64,000 nucleotides of DNA from Octopus bimaculoides (lineage: Eukaryota), in contig NC_068984.1 in the NCBI RefSeq assembly GCF_001194135.2, positions 40,154,852-40,218,851 of the forward strand. The letters are read 5' to 3'. Below the pieces are notes generated by a model, which was not told the DNA's origin, did not search any database, and saw only the letters and a program-made list of their open reading frames with translations. Positions 1 to 12,242 of this stretch are shown here, piece after piece (position 1 is the first letter of the stretch; each line of letters starts with the position of its first letter). A program made the position numbers and the translations under genes.

Positions 1-2056
1 GGAAGAAAGAATAGTCTACAGCTAATATTTTTTGCATTTTTTTTCCTGCCAAATATAAAAGATTATTTTGGATATATTTTTGGTGCCATCAGTAAAACAC
101 TTCCATACTGAAACATGGTGAAAAGGTAGTGAATAAATTGCTTAATAAAAATATAGAAATGTGTATTTTTATCATCAAAAGATGGAATTGTTTACAAATT
201 AAATAACTGAGATGTTTTTCACACAGTAGATGATATGTTGATGGATGACAGAATATCTTATGAAAAGAGCAGACTCCTTACAAAGAGTGAACACCAAACT
301 GCTGTACAAATGAGAAAATATTCTGTTTCTTGGTTAACAGTGAAATATTTATATCTGTATTTTTGTATGGATGTGATATTGATATTTGATGTAATAGTTT
401 TTATAATACATAGTAATAGCTTCTATTTCTCTTATATATAGTCTGGCTCCACAGTCATAGAGAAAAGATAAAATTCTAAACATTTGCACATTTTTATGCT
501 CATTTTCCAATTGAGGAGCACTTTTTCTTTATCTCTAATCATGAATTTTTTTTTTTTTTTAAATTAAAAAATATTGTTTTGAAACAAAGAAAAATGTGTT
601 TTAATTAAAATCTTTTAACACCTAGAATGAATTGAGATTTACACATAAATTGTAGACACGTGTCTCTTAATTAAGGACCTTCATCTATCTTAAATATCTT
701 GTAATTATTGCTCACAGGTAGACAGTAAGTATCAGAAAGAGGTTTATATAAGAATGAGACTAAAAATTGACATGTTTCTTCAATGCTAACTGCTGTAAAG
801 TAAATTTATTAGAGTTATAATTCGTTAAAAAAATGTAACATATTCTAGCAATGATACAAATCAAATTATTTTGAGAGGATGTTGATGAAGGAAATAGACA
901 TCAAGAAAAATCAAGGAAATGACAAAACAATAACAATAATTGTTATAATGGTAACAGTGGTTATAATGATATTTAACCCCAAAAAGAGGAAAACTTTTGC
1001 TTTCTGATTTACAACTTCATCTTTTGGCACCTAAAGATTTTAAACTTTGGTTGATCATCAAAGTACAAGATATTGATAAAATTCTTACACTACTGTGTCT
1101 TGTAATAGTATCACTTCTTCTGAATTTGTTGCTATGTGTCTGAGTAAATGATTAAAATTCTTTAAATATATTTTAATTAAAATTTCAAATGTAGTTCTGT
1201 ATTTATCAAAATTCCAAAATTGTTAGCCTCATGCTACAAATAAATATATTGTTTTACATTTAAAATTGTTTATAGTAATAATGTGATTTATAAGAATATT
1301 ATAATGTTTATAGTCATATGATCTAATGATATCTGATTACCATTGTAATTATTGAAGTCATATTAGTTTGTGATACTTCTATTGCCTTTGTATTCTTTGG
1401 TGTGTATCAGTTTTTTTTAGCAAATTTAGTGGTAAAGGATGAAACATAAGAATTATTTATTTATTTAATTATTGATTGATCGACCATTTATAAAGTTTTC
1501 TAATTTGTACATTTTTATTAGAAGAACCAGTACCTTTTAAATATTTAAAGAAAATAGATCTTTTCCAATTGTAAAATGTGAGAAGACAAAACTTTATTGA
1601 TCATTTACTTCAAAGGATTTATAAAATTCATTTTGGCTTAAGTTTCACCTGTCTGCTTTTCAACCAGAGTGATTGCATAAGCTGCTAGATAAAACTTAAA
1701 GTCCCAGTTAAATAAAATATTATTCTAGATATGACTCGATTTTCCATATACTGAGTCTCCTCTTCAGTAAATATTCTGTTGTTATTTTGGGGGTTTGCTT
1801 AAGCTTTAATTAACATTCTCAAAGAACTTATATTTTGATAAAGATATTTTATTTAAAATGATCTTTCAGTTATGATAATTGTGATTTCTATAATTTTAGT
1901 AATATTTACATTTAAATGTTGTTTTGAAAACGGTGATGATTGCATGTAATGCAATATGTAATAAAATTTGCAAGACTTTTTTGTTAGGTATTCCTATATT
2001 TCACTGTTAATCAATATACAATTTTGGAAATATAATACTGGATTATTTTCTTGTAG

Positions 2057-2237
2057 AGTGCATTAGCTGTTCAGAAGTCAAACAGTAGCATCACTTTACC
2101 TATTCACGAAGGAAAATTTGCATCTCTGGTGTCGACACTTGAAGAATTAGTACCATTCCTTTTTATATCTGTTATACGAACTGGTCCATATATTGAGAAA
2201 ATATCACATAACAATGAAGAAGTTCCTGAAATTGATG
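2057..2237 (+). CDS. RELCH: RELCH/KIAA1468 internal exon (first in window), phase 0 to 1
   Basis: ttttcttgtag|AGTGCA...ATTGATG|gtaaaa; encodes SALAVQKSNSSITLPIHEGKFASLVSTLEELVPFLFISVIRTGPYIEKISHNNEEVPEID, matching recalled human ...LQSLIPSLFALVLQNAPF...EVPQIE. The 5' boundary is less certain than the 3'. Confidence 0.85.
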
Positions 2238-2377
2238 GTAAAATAAAATTATACCAATATTACTTATGCACATGCACACACACACATTTAGATATGCATG
2301 AGTGCGTGAATACATGTGCATTCATTTGTACACACATACGCAATAGCATATTTAGACGTGCATGTGTGCATGAACAT

Positions 2378-2378
<1 letters not shown>

Positions 2379-2430
<52 letters not shown>
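2379..2430. repeat. (CA)n microsatellite, representative of many (CA/GT)n, (TA)n and (CAT)n tracts in the window
   Basis: direct reading. Confidence 0.95.
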
Positions 2431-2431
<1 letters not shown>

Positions 2432-2466
2432 TTTAATAATGTAGTATACACAATGTGCTTATATGT

Positions 2467-2745
2467 TTATAGAAGTATCACACTGAAAATACACAATACA
2501 AAGTCATACAGATTGTAGCATATCATCCTGCAATCAACTTTGTTGAAAGTTTTGGGAAAGTCAGAATATAGAACATCTACATTTTGATGGCTGACCTTTT
2601 GTATCAGTACCCAGTCATAGTGCTGTAGCAGCTGTGTGAAGGAGATCCTTCTTGGGTAGAAACCATGCTTCATGTCAGTGAACAAGCCATTATTTTTCTA
2701 GGAATACAATCAGCTTCCTTCTGTCAATGCACTCCTTGGCTTTGT
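2467..2745 (-). mobile_element. degraded CR1/L2-group LINE reverse transcriptase fragment
   Basis: ORF 2467..2685 reads KHGFYPRRISFTQLLQHYDW...NVDVLYSDFPKTFNKVD, a decayed QHGF...RSC.TQLL...VDVIYLDF.KAFDKV RT motif. Confidence 0.7.
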
Positions 2746-3040
2746 TGACATGTAAGATCAGAGAGACAGGCTTGTGATAAGTTCTGCTCTACTCCCTCCT
2801 TTGTGGATAGGGCATATGATACCTTCTTTTTGCATTTTGGGAAGTTTGCCACTTGCAAGGAAAAGTATTTTAGCAAGTTTACATTTTGCTTGAAATTAAA
2901 ATTTCCAGAGATCTTTAAATTTAAGAAAACAGAAGTATTAAAGTTTTAAAATTATAATGGATTTGAAAATTTCAGAATTCATCCCATCCAAACTATAATT
3001 AAACCTGTTTTTATTATTTTAAATATGAAATAATGTTTAG

Positions 3041-3197
3041 TTTTCAGATTTCCAAAACCAAGCTCAGATTTAACAGATCTACGAGTAATTTTTGGGAATG
3101 TTAACCAGTTGTCTGCTTACATAGAACAATATGAAGAACATATTTCCCAAGAATGGTTTGAACCGTGGGAACAGTTTAATTGGGTTGTGAAAAATCT
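3041..3197 (+). CDS. RELCH: RELCH exon, phase 1 to 2
   Basis: aatgtttag|TTTTCAGATTTCCA...AAAAATCT|gtaagt; (V)FRFPKPSSDLTDLRVIFGNVNQLSAYIEQYEEHISQEWFEPWEQFNWVVKN, versus human VTRFPRPMSPLQDVSTIIG...WESLLWVVNQL. Confidence 0.92.
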
Positions 3198-3471
3198 GTA
3201 AGTTTTCTATTAATTTTCTTCAAAATATTTTGAACTATGATAACTATTTTGAATGATTTCAGAGATTTCTGTTAAAAAGGTTAATCTTATTTCAGTCAGC
3301 TTAATATTAAACTGGAAAATTCATTCATATATATATATATATATGCGTATATATATATATATATATATATATATNNNNNNNNNNNNNNNNNNNNNNNNNN
3401 NNNNNNNNNNNNNNNNNNNNNNNNNNNNNNNNNNNNNNNNNNNNNNNNNNNNNNNNNNNNNNNNNNNNNNN

Positions 3472-3524
<53 letters not shown>

Positions 3525-3659
3525 ACAGCATTTGAATTTTAGAAGTTGCATAGGTACAGGCATGGCTGTGTGCTTATGAAGTCTGCTTCACAGCCAAATG
3601 CTTTTGAATGTCTTGTATTATATCCTTAGGCTTGCCATATACCATATCAGCATCATCAT

Positions 3660-3900
3660 TTAATGTTTACTTTTCCATGTTTGTATAGATTAGATGGAAT
3701 TTATTGAGACAGATTTTCTGTTGTTAGATGCTCTTGTCACCAGCCATCATCTGTTTCCAAGTAAGGATATATTTTCCCATGTCCAAATGTGTTTTCCGTG
3801 GAAGACTGGAAATGAACATCACTTGTATGACAGTGATGCTTCTTTATAACCAACACTTTTTAAAACCCACACATATTTCTACAATATACTTCTTTCAGTT
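3660..3900 (+). mobile_element. interspersed repeat (SINE-like); related copies near 5915-6120 (+), 27740-27960 (-) and 34150-34320 (-)
   Basis: shared core ttccaagta.g.taatatttyy...ggaa.actggaaatgaa...cacttgtatga..gtga seen in several places. Confidence 0.6.
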
Positions 3901-3939
3901 TCTTTCTCCCAAATCCACTCATGAAGCTTTGCTCAGTCC

Positions 3940-4045
3940 AAGGCTATAGTAGAAGACACTTGCTCAAGATGCTGCACAGTGGGACTAAATACAAGACCAT
4001 ATGGTTAGGAAGCAAGCATGTTACCCTCACAACTATGCCTATGCC
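3940..4045 (-). mobile_element. 5' part of a tRNA-derived SINE (family 1); similar head at 6160-6290 (-)
   Basis: reverse complement resembles the family-1 head and body (A/B-box-like head, then gcaagtgtcttctactatagcc). Confidence 0.65.
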
Positions 4046-4050
4046 TGCTT

Positions 4051-4087
<37 letters not shown>

Positions 4088-5339
4088 ATGTGACTGGTGA
4101 TTCTCTGTAACCATATTAACAACTGAGTAAAAGATGGTGACATTGTTTACAGTAGTCAATTAACAAATGTCCTATAGTTCAGTGGATTTGTATAAACTGG
4201 TGAAATGAAATATACCTTGCTTGAAAAAGAACTGGCAGCTGGCAACAGTAAGAGCATCAAGCTGTAAAAATCTGCCTTAATAAATTGCACTTAACCCATA
4301 CTAGCATAGAAAAATTGAAAAATAAAAGATGATGATGATGATGAATGTTCTTGAAAAAACATTTTTTTAAAAGATACAGAAATAATTTATTCTCAAACAC
4401 AGGATAATGCTAATACAATAGCATGAACAAGATAAACTATCCATATATTGCAGAAAAATTTGTCAGCAGCCAGCCATGGGACTCCAACTCACATCTCTGT
4501 GATTACGCATCAAGTGCTATACCTTTAAGCTAAACTGCTCAGTGATGAATTGTTCTGCAATTTTAAGATTTATAAATCTAGCTTTATAAGACACTAACAT
4601 TAAATTCAAATTACAATGGAAGTAAACAAAGTTTGCTTTAAAAGCATTGAGATGTATCTCAATGCTTCTAATACATCTCAATGCTTCTAAAGCTAACTTT
4701 GTTTATTTTCATTGTAAGTTGAATTTTTTTTCGGTCTATGAATGCTTCCCTACTTCATGTTGGTGGCATTTTGTGATAAAAGTACAGCTGTCACTCACAA
4801 GAGAGCATGACTTGATTGTATGTACCATGCTTTTGCTAAGTATTTTAGGTGTCTTTGTGGTCACACACAGACATGTACACTCTCTTGGCCCTCCTCACCT
4901 TTGACATAACAAAATACCCTGGATATGACTGCTGGAGGAACAGTGGGCTGCTCTTGACTGGTACCCATTTCAGCTGAGCAGACTGGAGTTGTGTGAAATG
5001 AAGTACTTTGCTCGAGGACACAGTATGCTGCCTAGTATGAGAGTTGAATTGGGATTGAATGTCTATGTGTCTTTAAATTTTGTGATATTAGATATTTATA
5101 TATTTGTATTCAGTATAATATATTGATACAACATAATAACCTGCAGTGTAGTATTTGCTTCATGCTGGCCTTCATCAACTAGCTGTCAAAACTTTCATCA
5201 GCTTAAAGAAACACAAAATTAATTTCTCTAATGAAGAATTTAACTCAGCTGTTAATATATAATAGTTTACTGAATCATCTAAGTTTTTATTGTGATTTCA
5301 AACACTAAATGTTTGTCTTTTTATTTATATTTTTTTCAG

Positions 5340-5463
5340 AATACCTCGACTTCAAGAAGTTGTTTCAGGTGTTGGATTAACCATTCCAGTCTTAATCAGT
5401 ATACTTTCCAAATACTTTTACAGAATATGTCGGACATTTGGCAGAACTTTTGTAGATAAAATG
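5340..5463 (+). CDS. RELCH: RELCH exon, phase 2 to 0
   Basis: tttttttcag|AATACCT...GATAAAATG|gtatgg; (L)IPRLQEVVSGVGLTIPVLISILSKYFYRICRTFGRTFVDKM, versus human LPQLIEIV...FFWRLCRTFGKIFTNTK. Confidence 0.93.
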
Positions 5464-7084
5464 GTATGGAACATATTAGATTATTCATATACTGTCTTTA
5501 TTTTAAGATTTCAGTAGTATTTTCTTCCTTAATGATTTTGAATATTTGAAAGGTATATTGTTATATTACTTCCTTTGCAATAATTTCTCATAAATTCAAA
5601 TACTGTTGAAAGTATGATATTAAAGCAATAATTTACAATTATTTAAAAAATAAAATCATATTAGCTTTACTGCTTTATATCATTGTACCAGAATCTAAAG
5701 GATATGAAATAGAAGGGACTGCTGAATTATCCAGCAGTTTTGAGTCTCCCAGATGGTAAACCAATAATGATCATGATGATGATGGCAGTGGTGGTGTTGG
5801 CAGCAGTAATAGAGAAAAATTAGAAAAAAATTGATGGAGCCAATAGTTATATGATTATTGATATTTTATTACTCTCATCATCTTCACCATCATCATTGCT
5901 GTTTTACTTTGCATGGATCAGTTGAAATTCATTAAGGCAATTTTCTGTGGCTGGATGTCCTTCCTGTTGCCAATCCTCACCTGCTTCCAAGTATGGTAAT
6001 ATTTCTTGATGGCCAGACATGTTTTCATGGAAAACTGGAAATGAAGGACTTCACTTGTATGATGGTGACAGTTGTTTATAACTATTCTGTGATGCCAAGA
6101 CAAGGAGAAACAAACATGCCCGCACATTCATTATGGGCTTCTTTTACTGTCCGTCTACTAAATCCATTCACAAGGCTTTGGTTGGCCTAGTGCTATAGTA
6201 AAAGACACTTGCCCTGGGTGCCATGCAGTGGGACTGAACCTGAGACTACATAGTTGTGAAGCAAGCTTTTTAGCCACACAGCCATGCCTGTGCCTTATAC
6301 AACAATACCAAATAAGTTCTAGTAATTCTTCTACTGAGTGATGCTTGAAATAAGAATTGATGTTCATATTTACAGTTGAATCATAACCAATAAATTATAA
6401 CATTTTATTTGCCTCCATGTCAAATCTTTCTTTTAATCATGTTTTTTTTTCTTTCTGTGAGAGTAATCCAGTTCTGCATTTTAAAAATTTTCTTAAAGTT
6501 TAACTTCTGCTTGAGTTAAGACTCATCAACTAGCCATATTTCTTTTCTCAGTGATAATTTCTGTTATCTTAAAGTCTTAGCTTGCCAGATGACTGACCCT
6601 TTCAAGATAACAAATATTTTATATGTCTCTTGTTGACAAATGAAGTTTATTAATAAGCATATAATTACGTGTGTGTGTGTGTGTGTATAGTAGTAGTAGT
6701 AGTAGAAATTATTGTTTTCTAAGTTTTCTTATCAATCAGGCTGTCTTCTATTTTATGAGTAATGTAGAAATTTGTTGTCTGCTTGTTCAGTTCTTCACTT
6801 TTGGGATATTGCTAAAAACTATGAGCTTTATCTTCTCTCTTTCATTTTATGACAGAGAAAGAAATAAAGCCCAGAACTAACACCTTAAAAAAACCCCAAA
6901 AAACCCCATCAAATATTTTTTCAGAAACTTTACAAATAGCACTGTTGATAAAAGAACATGACATTGTTTTTGGATTTCCTTTCACTTTTTTTTTTATATA
7001 AATATTTTCTTGCTGAGAAATGAAAATGTCCTTTAATAATAAACCTAATTCAGAATTGTTGAAACATTAACACTTTTTTTGCAG

Positions 7085-7130
7085 GTGAAACCTAAATTTC
7101 AAGATCTCTTAGTTATACCTGAAGGAGTAG
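7085..7130 (+). CDS. RELCH: RELCH 46-nt exon, phase 0 to 1
   Basis: ttttttttgcag|GTGAAACCT...GGAGTAG|gtaagt; VKPKFQDLLVIPEGV, versus human VKPQFQEILRLSEE. Confidence 0.92.
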
Positions 7131-7174
7131 GTAAGTTGGCTATAAATATATTACCATTTATGTTGGTTTTGTTC

Positions 7175-7365
7175 AACCCCAGGCCAGGCCTGAAGAAGCA
7201 GATCTATCATCAAAGGTATTCTAGCCATGTTCCTCTCATCTTAGTTTAAGGCATAGTGTATCTAGGACTGCAATATCCTATGTTTCCATTTTTTTGTTAA
7301 GACAGTGGGGAGTGAATTAAAGGGAAATTTGACTGCTGTTTCTTGCAGTTTGAGTGACCATGTAA
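7175..7365 (+). mobile_element. interspersed repeat family; other copies near 9490-9640, 27365-27535 and 49930-50075
   Basis: recurrent atcaaag..attc.agcc...ggaaatttg.ctg.t.tttct.gcag motif. Confidence 0.5.
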
Positions 7366-7587
7366 AAGCTCCCTTGCTGGCTTGATTATTCATGTTATAA
7401 ATAAAAACAAGAAATACAATACTCTTTGTTGAGATGTTGATGCCTTTTTTAATATTATAATTGACTTCATAGAGTTGGTGCATTTATCTTAATAAGAAAC
7501 TGAGTTGTATTTCGGTTTTAAATAACAAATCATGAACGCAATTCTTGTCCCTCAACCCTCTCTTCTCTCTTTATCTCTTGATTGACA

Positions 7588-8108
7588 NNNNNNNNNNNNN
7601 NNNNNNNNNNNNNNNNNNNNNNNNNNNNNNNNNNNNNNNNNNNNNNNNNNNNNNNNNNNNNNNNNNNNNNNNNNNNNNNNNNNNNNNNNNNNNNNNNNNN
7701 NNNNNNNNNNNNNNNNNNNNNNNNNNNNNNNNNNNNNNNNNNNNNNNNNNNNNNNNNNNNNNNNNNNNNNNNNNNNNNNNNNNNNNNNNNNNNNNNNNNN
7801 NNNNNNNNNNNNNNNNNNNNNNNNNNNNNNNNNNNNNNNNNNNNNNNNNNNNNNNNNNNNNNNNNNNNNNNNNNNNNNNNNNNNNNNNNNNNNNNNNNNN
7901 NNNNNNNNNNNNNNNNNNNNNNNNNNNNNNNNNNNNNNNNNNNNNNNNNNNNNNNNNNNNNNNNNNNNNNNNNNNNNNNNNNNNNNNNNNNNNNNNNNNN
8001 NNNNNNNNNNNNNNNNNNNNNNNNNNNNNNNNNNNNNNNNNNNNNNNNNNNNNNNNNNNNNNNNNNNNNNNNNNNNNNNNNNNNNNNNNNNNNNNNNNNN
8101 NNNNNNNN
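7588..8108. other. assembly gap; others at 3375-3471, 12245-13234, 16420-16899, 47489-48138, 48476-49017 and 52965-53721
   Basis: N runs, mostly bordered by microsatellites or young repeats. Confidence 0.99.
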
Positions 8109-8430
8109 GGCTGACCGTCGTAGGATTTTCGAGCGAGATCGTTGCCAGTGCCCCTGGACTGGCTCTTGTGCGGGTGGCGCATAAAATACACCATTTTGAG
8201 CGTGGCCGTTGCCAGTACCGCCTGACTGGCCTTCGTGCGGATGACACGTAAAAGCACCCACTACACTCTCTGAGTGGTTGGCGTTAGGAAGGGCATCCAG
8301 CTGTAGAAACTCTGCCAAATCAGATTGGAGCCTGGTGTAGCCATTTGGTTTCACCAGTCCTCAGTCAAATCGTCCAACCCATGCTAGCATGGAAAGCGGA
8401 CGTTAAACGATGATGATGATGATGATGATA
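8109..8430 (+). mobile_element. young RTE-LINE 3' end or RTE-tail SINE with (GAT)n tail, truncated by an assembly gap
   Basis: CpG-rich ...ggaagggcatccagctgtagaaactctgccaaatcagattggagcctgg...ggaaagcggacgttaaacgatgatgat; near-identical tails at 47276-47480 (-), 51701-51826 and 53940-54042. Confidence 0.85.
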
Positions 8431-10519
8431 TACATATATATATATATTATCATTATTATTATTTTCTGTGGACCTAGGAAAAAAGAAAAATGGAAACTTC
8501 TCAAGTCCGTCAGTTCCAAGCCATAGTATCCTAATTATTTCAGGTTGTGTTCTTATTGCATTCAGATTATGGGCTTTGTGTGACAGCAGATGTGCTGGAG
8601 TCTAACTTAATGTTAAACTCATATAGGAGGCATTCCTCATCATCTGGTAGATATCTTGCTCGAATAGGACGTATCTTTTGAGGATGTGTTCAGGACTGGA
8701 AAAATGTATTGGGCATTTTTGTTTACCAAGGATTCTGTCTCAATATGTCTAACTCTTAACAGCAGGAATTTATTAGGAGCTGTTTGTGGGTAGAGGCCAC
8801 TGAGTAGTGGTCAGCCTAACTGCATTGTAGGTTATATACAAGCAGTATTAAAAGCTCTCACTTACGCTGCTTAATGTCTTAGAGGAAGGCATCGATATAT
8901 AACTTGGGTGCCTGCAAGCTAGAGTAGTCTCCCCTGAAATAATTGTTTCTTCCTCCTCCTTCCAACGCTTATTTCTACTCGTTTTAATATAACATTTGAC
9001 TTTGTATAAATGCCTTTATTTTTTTTCTATTTTATTTATAAGAATTTTCTCTCATATTAATCTTATAAAAATAGTTTCTGTCACCTATAGAAGGGCATAT
9101 ATCTTTCGAAATAATTTATATTGTCATTTCCCTTCATACTAATACATTGCTATTTTTGTTTCGTATTACAAAATAGTATTCATGAATTATCTCTCTTTGA
9201 TATAATAATAATATTTTTTTGTCGTCTACAAAACTCTTGTTCATTATTCTTAATCAGTTGTAACTTAGGTTTTTCTTAGTAAAATTGTTTATGTATTTAA
9301 AGTTTCAACAATTTTTTCTTCTCGTTGTGATAGACAAGTTTTTTCTTTTTGTCTATTACAAGAACTGAGCAAAATAGTTCAGATTTGATCTCAGTAATTT
9401 ATATTAGGAAAATTGGCACTGCTACTACTGCTGCTGCTGTTTACTAATAAATATATTAAACTTAAGCTCTTACTCAGCACTAATCAAGCATATGATTTGA
9501 TTTCCTGCCATGATCATCTATTCTTTTTTCCTGCATAGTGTATCTAAAACATTATATAATCTGTCCTCTTTTAAGATGATAGGATGTGGCTTGAGGGAAA
9601 GTTTTGGTTGTTATTCCTGGTAGATTAAACGACCACATCAATTGACTCTCAACTGCTGTTGTTACTACTATAAATTCTATATATCAGTCCCTCATCAAAC
9701 ATTTATTTTCATTTCATGTTCTGGCTTCAATCTTTGGTTGCAGCCATATTACTTCACATAAAGTGCTAATTATCTTGAAAAAGAGTGCTATAAATGTTAT
9801 GTAGCCTTATAATCTGTCTCCTGTGAATATGAGACCTTATTTTTCATCATCGTCATCATTTTATTTCTGTTTTCCATGCTGGCATAGGTTGGTTGGTTTG
9901 CCAGGAGCTGGCCAGCTGGAGTGCTGCACTAGGCTCCAATTCTCTCTTTTGGCATGGTTTCTATAGCTGGATGACCTTCCTAGTGCCAACCACTTTGCAA
10001 AGTATACTGGATGCTTTTTATGTAGCATTAGCACCACTGCTATTGCAGTGCTCTATATGTGGCACAGACACTGGTGCTTTTTATGTGATTAATTTTGAAT
10101 ACAAACTGAAGTCTTGAGTTCAGAGTAAATATGTCCTTATATAATTAGACAAAATTTTTCATTGAAAAATTACACATTGTTTATACTTGAAACTAATTTA
10201 AAAGCTTAATTTGTAAATTGAAAATTTACTTGAAGTTTTACAAGCAAAAAAAATTCTACTGTATGTGACAAGTCCCTGATTATATGCATATCAAATTAGT
10301 GCAGTATGAATGAGAAAAATAAATATTAATCATTAAGAAAAGTTCAAGCATGCTTAGATGTTTTGAGAGGAGAAAGAAGTAGTGACTGTTTTATCTGAAC
10401 ACATTAGTGACTTAAGAGAAGCAAAATTGCTTCAATCATAAACTGAAACGAGGTCATTAATGTAACTCACTGAAAGAATAATGTCACCATAATTCTCTGT
10501 TTATATATACTAGCTGCAC

Positions 10520-10915
10520 ATTCAACAGTGCTCATTCTATAAGGCTCAAGTGGCACTCACAAAATGGAGTATAGTCTCACATCTGGGACAGTGTTACTGT
10601 TATGCATACAGACATCCTGGATTGTATCCAGAGGAAGGTCACTCAGCTGGCATTCAATCACTAGCAGACATGCTCTAATCCCTGGGCCACAACCATGCTA
10701 TCATTATCTTTGTTTCTTAAGCTTGCTGGTCTCATACCTCCACCTCTCAGTTACTCCTGGCCCACTCCACTGCAGCCAATAACATTACCCCAACATTAAC
10801 TACCATATCTAATACTTCTTGCCTAGAACTTCAACCTTCTGGAATCTTCTTATGTCTTTCTTTCAAATGTTGATCTGCAGCAGTTTAAATAGAACATTAA
10901 CAACATCAAACTCAC
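10520..10915 (+). mobile_element. degraded CR1/Jockey-group LINE 3' end
   Basis: with frameshifts reads FYKAQV...MEYS/SHIWDSVTVMHTDILDCIQRKVTQL...LWNLL...DLQQF; same family as 52340-52790. Confidence 0.6.
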
Positions 10916-11139
10916 CAGTCATGGAAAGCCTACAAAGGTTATCTTCTAGCTTCAGCAAGTAAAGGAAAAAAATACTTGGCAAAACAGTAATAATAGTGAT
11001 GCTAATTTAATAATTTGTAACAGTCATTTTCCCTTTTTTTTCTTTGCTCCTTCACTTTTTATGTCAGTCACTTGAAAACAAACACAGTGAAACAAAATAT
11101 AAGTTTCTGGAAGATTTCCATGGAACTGAAACACCAAAA

Positions 11140-11710
11140 ATATACAAAACATTGAACTGTATGCTAAAGTACCCCCAGCAGAAGTGTTAAGACTGACCTT
11201 TCTGGTTGTGTAAAGCACCAACGGCAGTGCCTTGTAAAAGCGCCCATGCAGCAACTTGTAAAAGGGTCCATGTGGCAACATGTAAAAGTGATTGTGCAGC
11301 AACATGCAAAATTGCCAGTGTGGAAACAGGCAAAAGCACCTGTGTGACAACACACAAAAGTGCCTGTGCAACAACACACTAAAGTGTCTGTGCAGCAACA
11401 TGCAAAAGTGCCTGTGCTGTGACATGCAAAAGCACCTGTGTGGTGACATGCAAAAGTTCCTTTGTGGTGACACACCAAAAGTGCCTGTGTGGTGTCATGT
11501 AAAAGCATCTGTGATGCCATGTAAAAGTGCCTGTGCGGTGCCACATAAAAGCATCCAGCACACTGTAAAGTGGTTGGTAGAAGGAAGGGCATCCAGCTGT
11601 AGAAACCATGCCAAATCAGACTGGAGTCTGGTGTAGGTCTCTGGCTGCCAGCTCTGGTCACACCATCCATCCCATGCTAGCATGGACAATGGACATTAAA
11701 TGGTGATGAT
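11140..11710 (+). mobile_element. RTE-tail SINE-like element with an internal 24-bp tandem array
   Basis: about 14 units like TGTGCAGCAACATGCAAAAGTGCC, followed by the gaagggcatccagctgtagaaacc...cccatgctagcatgga tail. Confidence 0.8.
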
Positions 11711-11815
11711 ATTAATGCTAAAAGAGACATTATTAAAACTTTTATCAAATTTATTAGTGACATCTTGGTTCTTTTAAGAATAGCATTAATTTTCTCCTGT
11801 CCTCTTTTTCCCTAG

Positions 11816-11901
11816 ATAACCTTGTGACAATAGGGCAAACAGCCTTAACAACTTGTATCGTTCCTGTGTATGCTGCTGGTGTGTTGTGTGCTTTTAATTC
11901 A
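11816..11901 (+). CDS. RELCH: RELCH exon, phase 1 to 0
   Basis: tttttccctag|ATAACC...TTTAATTCA|gtaagt; (D)NLVTIGQTALTTCIVPVYAAGVLCAFNS, versus human GVLTKATVPIYATGVLTCY. Confidence 0.93.
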
Positions 11902-12210
11902 GTAAGTTTTACTTGTTATATTTTCTACTTTACAGCATTTTAATTTTTTTTCTTATCTATTTTCCAAAATAAAACATTTGGATCTTTATCAATTTCCTTC
12001 ATAAAGTGGTTGGCAGCTATAAAATGTTTGTTTGTTTTTAATATATCTTTATCTATTACTTGTTTCAGTCATTGGACTGCAACTATACTGGGGTACAAAC
12101 TTGAAGGGTTTAGTCAAACAAATTGACTCCAGTACTTCTTTTTAAGCTTGGTCCTTATTCTATTGGTTTCTTTATGCTGAACTGCTAAGTTACAGGGTTG
12201 CAAACAGGGA

Positions 12211-12242
<32 letters not shown>

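Noticed and set aside
235-441. ORF as an upstream RELCH exon
   Set aside because: No resemblance to the expected preceding RELCH sequence and no convincing donor.
3048-3197. Exon start at the CAG acceptor (3048)
   Set aside because: Out of frame with the phase-1 upstream exon; the TAG at 3040 restores V-F-R-F-P homology.
7530-8354. Long ORFs spanning N runs (also at 12.1-13.4, 16.3-17.0, 47.4-49.1 and 52.8-53.8 kb)
   Set aside because: Artefacts of translating assembly gaps.
8560-8940. Possible LINE C-terminal zinc knuckle on the minus strand (CPIHFSSPEHIL)
   Set aside because: Only a partial motif with multiple stops; too weak to call.
11024-11689. Cys/His-rich ORFs resembling metallothionein or a repeat protein
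   Set aside because: They are translations of the 24-bp minisatellite (period divisible by 3, open on both strands) inside a SINE-like element, with no splice signals.
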